From Candidatus Nomurabacteria bacterium (lineage in GTDB: Bacteria > Patescibacteriota > Saccharimonadia > Saccharimonadales > HK-STAS-PATE-42): a DNA stretch of 64,000 nucleotides. Location: NCBI GenBank assembly GCA_023898665.1, contig CP060233.1, positions 356,368-420,367 on the forward strand, read 5' to 3'. The translations under genes and the position numbers were made by a program. Each line of letters begins with the position of its first letter. Position 1 is the stretch's first letter. The notes under the pieces were generated by a model that saw only the letters and a list, made by a program, of their open reading frames with translations, was not told the origin of the DNA and ran no database searches. Of the stretch, positions 56,749 through 64,000 are shown piece after piece.

Positions 56749-56823
56749 TATCCAATAGTTGTCTCTAACTGTCGGGGAATTACATCCAAGAGCAACCCTC
56801 ATCACTGAGGGTTGTTTTATTTT
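56749..56823 (+). ncRNA. candidate ~75-nt small RNA (promoter to terminator unit, no ORF)
   Basis: The predicted TSS is about 7 nt after TAGAAT. A 5' hairpin UAGUUG/UAACUG is present. The 3' terminator has stem CAACCCTCA (56793-56801) / TGAGGGTTG (56806-56814) followed by TTTTATTTT. There is no ATG in the unit. Confidence 0.35.
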
Positions 56824-57386
56824 CGATGTTTTAGCTCTTTACCCCATATGTCAGCATCAAGATTAAGAATATCTATATACCCATTTGCTCCAGTTCTTAG
56901 CTCAGAAGAGATATTGTTTTTGGATGAGTAAACGTATACTTTTTTCTTTTTATTTCTGGCGAATCTTACTAAAGCTAAAAAGTCTGAATCTCCACTAAAG
57001 AGTATTGCCTCATTGTATTTATCAATTTTATTTATAAAGTCTATAGCCATCTCTACATCCATGTTTCCTTTTTCTTCAATAACTATCCTTTTGCTAGAGG
57101 TTACCTTGATCTGTTTAAGTGGTTTCTTTCGAACAATAAACTTTAGTGCTTTTTGAAGGTAGACGTAGAACTTAAATTTGCCTTCTATACTATACTCTCT
57201 TGTTTTTTGAAGTGGGTACGCATCGTAGTAGTACACCACAATTCTACTCGCATTATGTTCGGTTTTTAGAAAACTTTTAAGCTTAGATAGGTCAAACATC
57301 CTGCCCTTAGCTTTTTGTACTGCCCAGAGATTAGAGGCATCTATAAAAACGTAAACTGTTTTGCTGGTTTTTCGGGAATTGTTCAT
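56817..57386 (-). CDS. NYN/LabA-like (PIN-fold) domain protein
   Basis: VYVFIDASNLW (N-terminal Asp) and ILFSGDSDFLALV are typical of COG1432 NYN domains. Confidence 0.8.
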   Translation of the reverse strand: MNNSRKTSKTVYVFIDASNLWAVQKAKGRMFDLSKLKSFLKTEHNASRIVVYYYDAYPLQKTREYSIEGKFKFYVYLQKALKFIVRKKPLKQIKVTSSKRIVIEEKGNMDVEMAIDFINKIDKYNEAILFSGDSDFLALVRFARNKKKKVYVYSSKNNISSELRTGANGYIDILNLDADIWGKELKHRK

Positions 57387-57422
57387 AAAATAGGTATCTT
57401 TTAGGGATATATATGAGTTAGA

Positions 57423-59039
57423 TTATAGCAACGCTTGGATTAGTCCCAAGAATAGTGGGTGGGGGTTGTTTGGGCGGGATTTGAATTCTGGGTGGTACTG
57501 CACTCCGACATAAAATGGGTGGTTAAGTTTATGGTCTGCTTCTAGAATCTCTGGAAGGTCGCTTTCTGGGTTGGTTCCGCTAAGCTTAAGTCCGGCTTCT
57601 TCTAATATTTCTAAATATTTTGAGTTGATTTCGTAGCGGTGGCGATGACGCTCTTTTATGAGCTTTTGATTGTAGATATTTTTAGCTAGACTACCTTCTG
57701 CTAGTTTGCAGTCGTAGTTGCCGAGGCGCATTGTGCCACCGGTTCCCTCTTTGCCTTTTTGGTCTTGCATAGTGTGCACGACTGGGTCCTTAGTTTCTGG
57801 ATCGAATTCTATAGAGTTTGCCGAATCTAGTCCTGCTCTTCTAGCGGCAGCGATAGCTGCAACTTGTAGGCCGAGGCAGATTCCTAAATATGGGATCTTA
57901 TTTTTAAAGGCGTAATCGGCGGCTTTGATTTTGCCCTCAATCCCTCTGCTTCCAAAACCTCCGGGTATGAGAATTCCATCAACATCTGCTAAAGCCTCTT
58001 TTAGGTAATTATCATCTGTTTCGATTTTTTCTGCATTTATTGGCTTAATCTTAACAGTCGCTCTACTGTGCCAACCGGCAATTCTTAATGATTCGTTTAC
58101 AGAATAATAACTATCTTCGTTGTCGGCATATTTAATAACCATGCCAATAGTGACAGTCTTCTTTTTGCTTTTTGCAATTTTAGTAGTAATATCCTCCCAT
58201 TTGCTAAGATCTGCTTTTGTTTCGCCTAATCCTAGCCTCTCCGAAATGAAGTTGCCAATGCCTTGGAGCTCTAAGCTTAAGGGTACTTGGTAAATGCTTT
58301 CGGCATTAGGCAACATGGCAATGGCGTTTTCTTGGGCTCCGCTAAACAGGGCTAACTTCTTTTTTGCAGAAAGAGGTGCTGGGCGCTCGGAGCGTGCGAG
58401 GACGAGCTCTGGGAAGATTCCGACTGAACGTAAATCTTTAAGAGCATTTTGGGCGGGTTTTGTTTTGAACTCTTTTGATGTATCGAGATATGGAATGTAG
58501 ACGGCGTGCGCGAATAATGTGTTTTCGCGACCGTTTTCTATTCCGATCTCTCTAATGGCCTCTAAAAAGGTCGTTGCCTCGATATCTCCAACTGTTCCAC
58601 CAACTTCGACAATGTGCACATCAAAATCTTGGCCTGCTTCTTTTATCTTCTTCTTCATAAGATCAGTTACATGCGGGACAAATTGGACAGTCCTACCAAG
58701 ATATTTGCCTGCTCGTTCGTCCTCTAGGACTTCTCTAATGACGCGTCCACTCATCAGTGAGCTCTGTTGGGTTAGCTCTTGATCTAAATACCTTTCGTAG
58801 TGACCTAAATCTAAGTCAGTTTCAGCACCATCCAATGTTACAAAGCACTCACCATGTTCGGCTGGGTTAAGAGTTCCGGAATCTACATTTAGATATGGAT
58901 CACATTTTTGGATATTTACTTTTAAGCCTTTGGCTTTTAGGATTGCTCCAATAGAGGCTGATGCGATTCCTTTGCCTATTCCGCTAAGTACTCCACCTGT
59001 TACAAAAATGAATTTGGGTATTTTTTGTTGCTCAGTCAT
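57423..59039 (-). CDS. pyrG: CTP synthase
   Basis: FVTGGVLSGIGKG, DPYLNVDSGT, and the GATase domain with GICLGLQ and YHPEF. Confidence 0.95.
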   Translation of the reverse strand: MTEQQKIPKFIFVTGGVLSGIGKGIASASIGAILKAKGLKVNIQKCDPYLNVDSGTLNPAEHGECFVTLDGAETDLDLGHYERYLDQELTQQSSLMSGRVIREVLEDERAGKYLGRTVQFVPHVTDLMKKKIKEAGQDFDVHIVEVGGTVGDIEATTFLEAIREIGIENGRENTLFAHAVYIPYLDTSKEFKTKPAQNALKDLRSVGIFPELVLARSERPAPLSAKKKLALFSGAQENAIAMLPNAESIYQVPLSLELQGIGNFISERLGLGETKADLSKWEDITTKIAKSKKKTVTIGMVIKYADNEDSYYSVNESLRIAGWHSRATVKIKPINAEKIETDDNYLKEALADVDGILIPGGFGSRGIEGKIKAADYAFKNKIPYLGICLGLQVAAIAAARRAGLDSANSIEFDPETKDPVVHTMQDQKGKEGTGGTMRLGNYDCKLAEGSLAKNIYNQKLIKERHRHRYEINSKYLEILEEAGLKLSGTNPESDLPEILEADHKLNHPFYVGVQYHPEFKSRPNNPHPLFLGLIQALL

Positions 59040-59258
59040 TAGTAATTTCTATAAATATCTATAGATCCATCAATAGGTTATTAGTATAAAGCTTTATGTG
59101 CTTAAGTTTAGACGTAAACTTAGCAACGTGATAAGTTTGGTTGTGGTACTAGATGTGGTGTATTATGAAGAATTAACTCCCTACTTGTAGTGGGGTTTAT
59201 TTATTTACTAATTCAGATCTTAGCTTAATAACTAGGTTACCATTTTTATGCTTTATTA

Positions 59259-59864
59259 TTATTGCACTCCAATAAGTTCTGTAATCTCTGGTCTAAAAAA
59301 ATCTACCACTAGGCTTGTGTGGCGTTCATGAAGTATTCTTATTCCTGCAGAAGTACCGTATCCTATACCTAACCTTCTTGTATCTGAGTTGGGTCCAGAG
59401 GTCACGTAGTTTATTCTAAGAGATTTCATCAAAGTATTGAATTTTTCTATGTTACTTTCTACGAAGATTGATTCTCTACGGTCAGGAATAGGCATAGTTT
59501 CGATATCTGCTAAAGTAAAATCTTCTGTATTTTTTGGTCCCAAAAGTTTGAAGTGATAAAAAGCAGCGATAGTCATCTCAAAACCAGATCTAATTGCATG
59601 GTCGATTTGTTTAGCAACAGGCTCGATCATGTAAGGTATGCCATGATTCTTAAGCTTATCGTCGAATAACTCAATACACGAAATACCGTAATCTCCCAAT
59701 AAGCTCCAGACTTTTTGTGGATCGGTAAAAAGCTTAGGCATTGCTTCTACACAGGATAGTTTTGGACCTGGTAAAGAAGTGACTCTCGAGTATGTTTCAC
59801 TTATTACATCTGAGTCAATCTCTATTTGACTCCCTATTCCTATTTCTAGCTCTGGAATTTGCAT
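59259..59864 (-). CDS. hypothetical protein
   Basis: The ORF is translationally coupled to mnmA through a TAATG overlap at 59864, so the tracked start at 59894 is judged too long. No family recognised. Confidence 0.55.
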   Translation of the reverse strand: MQIPELEIGIGSQIEIDSDVISETYSRVTSLPGPKLSCVEAMPKLFTDPQKVWSLLGDYGISCIELFDDKLKNHGIPYMIEPVAKQIDHAIRSGFEMTIAAFYHFKLLGPKNTEDFTLADIETMPIPDRRESIFVESNIEKFNTLMKSLRINYVTSGPNSDTRRLGIGYGTSAGIRILHERHTSLVVDFFRPEITELIGVQ

Positions 59865-60946
59865 TATTTTATAAAGCCTGCAAGTAGAACACATTGGTTA
59901 TCTGTGTAGATAACTCCGGTCTGTCCACTAGCGGGTTTTTTAATCTTTTCTTTTAATTCAATAATGTACTCTTTTGCTCCACTTTTCAATAGAGTATGTA
60001 TATTTTCTAATTTACCGAGGTGACGATATCTTAAGGTTAAGTTTTTATAATCATTTATTTCATTTTCATTAATAGTTGGTAGATGAACGTCTGTAAGTGT
60101 AATTTTATTTACCCATAAATCGGTAGAATTCAAATCTGAACTTACGTAAACAATGTTTTTATTGGTATCTTTTTTTACAACATAGTAAGGTAAATCGGCT
60201 GACGTTTTTAAATCTAAACCATGTCTTTGTCCGATTGTATAAAGTTCTGAGCCTTCGTGTTGACCTATTTCATTATTTGTGTCTATATCTATTATTGGAC
60301 CAGTTTTAAGATCGATAAAGTTTTTTAAAAAATCTGTTATGCCAACTTCACCAACGAAGCAGATTCCGACTGAGTCTTTTTTATCTGCAACTGGAAGATT
60401 AAGCTTAGTGGCGAGCTCTCTAACATCTGACTTTTTTAAATCCCCAAGTGGGAATAAGCTTTTTGAGAGAGCTTTTTGAGAGATTCTTGCTAAGAAGTAA
60501 GTTTGATCTTTGGTTTCGTCTTTCGCCATTTGTAACCAGAATCTTTTTTTTTCATCTTGATGGATTCTGGCGTAATGGCCAGTGGAGATCTTATCTGCGC
60601 CGAGCTCAAAAGCATGTTCTAAAAAGACTTTAAACTTAATTTCTTGATTACAAATAATATCTGGGTTTGGAGTTCGGCCAGCCCTATATTCACTAACTAA
60701 ATAATCAACTACTTTATTTCTATAGTCTTTTTCAAAATCCCATAGCTCAATAGGCAAGTTTAAGCTTAGGGCTACACTTTGGGCATCATGCCAATCTTCT
60801 CTCCAAGGACATTGAAAGCCGGGAAGATCTTTAGACCAATTACGCATGAATATTCCTCTTGTTTTATACTTCTTAGAAATTAGGGCTAGAGTAACGGCAC
60901 TATCAACACCGCCACTAACTCCTACGTATACAGACTTTTTAGACAT
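59864..60946 (-). CDS. mnmA: tRNA 2-thiouridine(34) synthase
   Basis: PP-loop VGVSGGVDSAV, catalytic Cys regions (PDIICNQ, VGICFVG) and TGHYAR. Confidence 0.95.
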   Translation of the reverse strand: MSKKSVYVGVSGGVDSAVTLALISKKYKTRGIFMRNWSKDLPGFQCPWREDWHDAQSVALSLNLPIELWDFEKDYRNKVVDYLVSEYRAGRTPNPDIICNQEIKFKVFLEHAFELGADKISTGHYARIHQDEKKRFWLQMAKDETKDQTYFLARISQKALSKSLFPLGDLKKSDVRELATKLNLPVADKKDSVGICFVGEVGITDFLKNFIDLKTGPIIDIDTNNEIGQHEGSELYTIGQRHGLDLKTSADLPYYVVKKDTNKNIVYVSSDLNSTDLWVNKITLTDVHLPTINENEINDYKNLTLRYRHLGKLENIHTLLKSGAKEYIIELKEKIKKPASGQTGVIYTDNQCVLLAGFIK

Positions 60947-60961
60947 GGTATATTTTATTCT

Positions 60962-61546
60962 TTATAAATTACTAACTATTACGATTGGTAGTTTAAGCAA
61001 TTCGAATGTTGCTATTATCAAACTCTTAGGTCTAAGCCACCAGAACTTCCCCCAATTTTTGTCTTTAGCATTTACACTTATAACTTTTGCCTCAATAGTC
61101 TGGTCCTTAAAGGCTTTTTCAAATTCTATCTTTGCTCTTTTAGAGTGATAAGGTGAAGTAACTAAAAGAATTTTTTGTTGTGGCCCCACTTTAATTAGTT
61201 TTAAAATACTCTCTGTAGCATTTTGTTTTGTGTCCTTACTGTTCTCTTCTATAAGAATGTCTTCTTCCGGAATTCCATTTTCTATCGCATAGTTCTTCAT
61301 TACTTTGGCATTTGATGGACTTTTTGGATCTGCTGCATCTCCACTTAAGAGCAGTTTTGGAGCGTATGCTTGTTTGTAAAGTTCAATCCCTTTTTTAGTA
61401 CGACCTACTGTATCACCACCGCTAATTACGACAATATAATCAGATTTTTCTGGCGGATGATTGTCTATCAATAATAGGTTGACGGCAAATATAAACGCCC
61501 AAAAGATTGCTACACTTGCTAGAATTATCTTAAGTGGTTTATTCAT
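60962..61546 (-). CDS. DUF218 (YdcF/ElyC/SanA-like) protein with an N-terminal membrane anchor
   Basis: YIVVISGGD, LLLSG and VTSPYHSKRA blocks. Confidence 0.8.
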   Translation of the reverse strand: MNKPLKIILASVAIFWAFIFAVNLLLIDNHPPEKSDYIVVISGGDTVGRTKKGIELYKQAYAPKLLLSGDAADPKSPSNAKVMKNYAIENGIPEEDILIEENSKDTKQNATESILKLIKVGPQQKILLVTSPYHSKRAKIEFEKAFKDQTIEAKVISVNAKDKNWGKFWWLRPKSLIIATFELLKLPIVIVSNL

Positions 61547-61570
61547 CTTTAATAATTATAGCTTAAAATT

Positions 61571-62740
61571 TTAACTAATTTTAACGCTTTCATTCTGACA
61601 GAGTTTAGCAAGTTTCGCTGCTGCATTTTTTACTTCTTTTGCAGACTTATTTGCAGATCCAAAACTTACTCTTATTGATGAATTTATTTGATCTAAACTT
61701 AAGCCTAGAGATTCTAAAACATGACTGGGCTTATCTTTACTTGCGGAGCATGCCGCTCCTGTAGATATTAAGATATTATTTAAGCCTGCCAGAATAACAA
61801 GTTTTTCTCCACTAACTTTTGGTATATAAATATTTAAAATATGAGGTGAGTGTTTTTTACCAATTTTTAAACCGATGGGATTTAGTTGTGATTCTGGTAT
61901 AAGTTTATTAAATTCTGACCAAAAGCTACTACTTAAGTTTAGTAATCTTTTTAATTCTGTATTTTTTTTAGAGATAGAATTGTTTAGTGAATGATAAAGA
62001 GATATTACTGAGAGGGGATTTTGCTTTCTTTCTAAGACCTTAATGTTTTTATTGTCCAAGAACCTTAAAAGATCAGCACTTAAATATAGGATTCCAGAAT
62101 TTGGAAGAGCTCCAAACTTTGAGCCATTAAGACTCATAGTATCTACTCCTAGCCTTGGTATTTGCAAGTCTTGGGTAATAGCTGCTTGGGATGCATCAGT
62201 ATGCAAAAAAATAGGTAATTTAACTCCTCTTTTAATTCGATCTTGTTTTATTTGCTTAATAATTTCAGAGACTTCTTTTATAGGAAAAACTTGTCCGGTT
62301 TCATTATTTACATATTGGATAGAAACTAAAAGTGTAGTATTAGTTATCAAACTTTTAAGTTCAGTTAAATCAATAAGATCTTTTGGGTCAATACTTAAAA
62401 ATACGCTTTGTTTAAACTTATTGAGCTGATCAATTAGGCTCGAATGTTCAATGTTAGTTGTTAATATCTCTGAATTTTGATCAGCTGAGCTAAGTAAATC
62501 AAAAAGCATATTTGTCGCATCTGAGCTTCCGTTAGTTATAAAAATATTTGGAGTCTTTACCCCAATAAGTTTAGCGGTTTTAGATCTTAAGTCTGTTAAG
62601 TATCTTCTCAACTTTACCGCAGGTTCGTACGAGGAGTCTATGTTGTAGAATGGTTTTTCTAAAAAATCTGAGATAGCTTTTTTTGTATCTTTATTGAGTG
62701 GAGCTCCAGCTGCGTGGTCTAAATTATAAATCTGAGCCAT
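61571..62740 (-). CDS. class V aminotransferase / cysteine desulfurase (NifS/IscS/YrvO-like)
   Basis: HTDASQA, the PLP-lysine region SLNGSKFGA, and the C-terminal active-site loop STGAACSA. Confidence 0.8.
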   Translation of the reverse strand: MAQIYNLDHAAGAPLNKDTKKAISDFLEKPFYNIDSSYEPAVKLRRYLTDLRSKTAKLIGVKTPNIFITNGSSDATNMLFDLLSSADQNSEILTTNIEHSSLIDQLNKFKQSVFLSIDPKDLIDLTELKSLITNTTLLVSIQYVNNETGQVFPIKEVSEIIKQIKQDRIKRGVKLPIFLHTDASQAAITQDLQIPRLGVDTMSLNGSKFGALPNSGILYLSADLLRFLDNKNIKVLERKQNPLSVISLYHSLNNSISKKNTELKRLLNLSSSFWSEFNKLIPESQLNPIGLKIGKKHSPHILNIYIPKVSGEKLVILAGLNNILISTGAACSASKDKPSHVLESLGLSLDQINSSIRVSFGSANKSAKEVKNAAAKLAKLCQNESVKIS

Positions 62741-62745
62741 ATACT

Positions 62746-63219
62746 TTAGTACTCTTTATTTAGAGCCATTTTTGGTAGTTCTTCTTCGTTACTTGACTGG
62801 CCATAAACCTGCGAAGCGACGTATTGATGATATAAAACTGCAGCATGAGCTAAGTTTTCAGCCTCGTCGGCAGCGACCCATGCATAATCTTGGCCGTTAA
62901 CCGATTTGAGAATGCCATTATCACGCACTTCGTATCTAACTGTGTGTATTTTTTTGCTACCATCTAAATTATCACTCCACTCTTCGTGCCACACCCATGT
63001 TCTTGCATCAAGACAGAAGAACTCTCTTCTATGTCCTGCTGGAATTTGACCAAATAGCTTTGAGCCAATTTCGCTCTCTAGTCTTATTAATTCTTTTCTT
63101 TTAGCCTCCGTAAGTTTATTTTTCTTACTAGCAGTTTGGAACACTTTTGCAGCCCATGTTGCACTATTTGGTTGAGAGCGGATTATTTTTTTAAGCGCTT
63201 GTTGAACCGTTGGTAACAT
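62746..63219 (-). CDS. hypothetical protein
   Basis: 157-aa ORF in the same operon-like run. No family recognised. Confidence 0.55.
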   Translation of the reverse strand: MLPTVQQALKKIIRSQPNSATWAAKVFQTASKKNKLTEAKRKELIRLESEIGSKLFGQIPAGHRREFFCLDARTWVWHEEWSDNLDGSKKIHTVRYEVRDNGILKSVNGQDYAWVAADEAENLAHAAVLYHQYVASQVYGQSSNEEELPKMALNKEY

Positions 63220-63231
63220 AGCTTATGCTCT

Positions 63232-63339
63232 CTACCCAATCTGTTGTATAACTTTTATTCTTAGGTTTTCAAGAGCATCACCAATATCAGCAATCACGGT
63301 AGCTAATTGTTCTGGAGATGTGGTTATTTCATTTGACAT
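63232..63339 (-). CDS. candidate 35-aa small protein (MSNEITTSPEQLATVIADIGDALENLRIKVIQQIG)
   Basis: An ATG-initiated ORF that exactly fills the gap between tatD and the 157-aa gene on the same strand. It is below the ORF-track length cutoff. Confidence 0.3.
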   Translation of the reverse strand: MSNEITTSPEQLATVIADIGDALENLRIKVIQQIG

Positions 63340-63344
63340 AAGCT

Positions 63345-64000
63345 TTAGATAGAAAAGAGCCTTTCACTGTTGGCTGTTGTGATATTGCAAAAATGCTCTA
63401 ACTCTTCGCCTCTTAATTCACTTAAGAACTCTGCTATACGCATTGTATTCTTTATGGTATTGATTTTACCACGCTCAGGGGCTGGAGTCAAGTAGGGAGA
63501 GTCGGTTTCTAGTACTAATTTATCTAATGGGATTAATCTTGCTGAGTCTAGTTGAGCCGGTACCTTAGAAAACGTCATTATTCCGTTTAAGCCGATAAAA
63601 AAATCATTGGGTAAGTTAAATATTTGGGTAAGCTTATCAGGTATGTCAGAAAAACTGTGCACTACTCCTTGAATGTTAGGGAAGTTTTTTATTACTTCAA
63701 AAAATGGGTCAAAAGCTTCTCTGATATGTAAAATTACTGGTAGATTAGTTTTTTTTGCAAGTTCTAGATGCTTTTTAGCTAGCTTTGTCTGATTTGCACG
63801 AGCATCTTTTTCTTTATGATAAAAGAAATCAAAGCCAAATTCTCCAATTGCAACTACCTCTGGTTCTTTTGCAAGCTCTGACATTTCTGCCCATACTTTT
63901 GAGCTTAAATTTTGATTGATTTTATCTGAAGTTGCTTCGTGAGGGTGGATTCCAATTGATGCAAAAGCACCGTCTTTTTTGTGTTTTTTTGCAAAAGCAA
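63345..64000 (-). CDS. TatD family metal-dependent hydrolase (5' end beyond the window)
   Basis: The frame stays open upstream of the tracked Met to the window edge (..AFASIGIHPHEATSD..). The blocks AIGEFGFDF, PVILHIREA, GVVHSF and ETDSPYL match TatD. Confidence 0.85.
   Translation of the reverse strand, partial: AFAKKHKKDGAFASIGIHPHEATSDKINQNLSSKVWAEMSELAKEPEVVAIGEFGFDFFYHKEKDARANQTKLAKKHLELAKKTNLPVILHIREAFDPFFEVIKNFPNIQGVVHSFSDIPDKLTQIFNLPNDFFIGLNGIMTFSKVPAQLDSARLIPLDKLVLETDSPYLTPAPERGKINTIKNTMRIAEFLSELRGEELEHFCNITTANSERLFSI

Noticed and set aside
59104-59121. Palindrome AAGTTTA-GACG-TAAACTT in the pyrG leader, considered as a CTP-sensing attenuator like the Bacillus pyrG leader.
   Set aside because: It is AT-rich, is not followed by a U-tract on the coding (minus) strand, and the characteristic GGGC initially transcribed sequence is not evident.
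59177-59208. A plus-oriented hairpin plus T-run (CTCCCTAC..GTAGTGGGG TTTATTTATTT) in the pyrG upstream gap, considered as the end of a second plus-strand sRNA.
   Set aside because: No convincing plus-strand promoter sits at a sensible distance; the best candidate leaves a transcript of only about 40 nt. It most simply serves as a bidirectional or imperfect terminator for the minus-strand gene 59259..59864.

Overview
The window is a gene-dense, low-GC segment of about 60 protein genes, and most adjacent genes are separated by only a few bases. By inference only, the gene content and style resemble a small-genome Gram-positive-type or CPR/Patescibacteria (Saccharibacteria-like) bacterium. The supporting traits are a sortase, weak Shine-Dalgarno usage, many leaderless genes and divergent housekeeping proteins. 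Standard code 11 fits, because TGA clearly acts as a stop (for example at 40188-40190).

Housekeeping blocks:
- L25 and aspS.
- clpC-like, glutaredoxin-like, dnaB and dnaX.
- mraZ-like and mraY.
- DedA and orn.
- rplJ-rplL.
- pyrG.
- mnmA, a DUF218 protein and a cysteine desulfurase.
- tatD (partial at the window edge).

Accessory segments:
1. 1-2900: an orphan HExxH protein flanked by two copies of a ~65-bp element, a strongly SD-led 22-codon ORF, and a sortase.
2. 23.3-40.2 kb: a 950-aa secreted repeat protein, followed by a 13.5-kb ABC-transporter-dependent dTDP-rhamnose glycan locus. The locus holds rfbABCD, wzm/wzt, four glycosyltransferases and three methyltransferases.
3. 40.8-46.5 kb: an ECF sigma module with sigW-like promoter motifs, a chain of frame-shifting short membrane ORFs running into a ClpB-like AAA+ gene, and two paralogous Cys4 mini-proteins.
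4. 52.3-57.4 kb: an M23-like secreted protein, a single-chain type IIG-like restriction-modification enzyme, a candidate ~75-nt sRNA and an NYN-domain protein.

Non-coding calls that the ORF track hides or does not show:
- An RNase P RNA on the minus strand at about 20636-20990, beneath two spurious ORFs.
- A perfect CIRCE operator upstream of the clpC-like gene.
- An rplJ leader that contains an intrinsic terminator.
- A recurrent extended -10 box placed 7-11 nt before ATG codons, implying widespread leaderless mRNAs.

I found no tRNA, rRNA, CRISPR array, transposase or integrase. All functional calls rest on motif and family recognition by eye. No database search was run.
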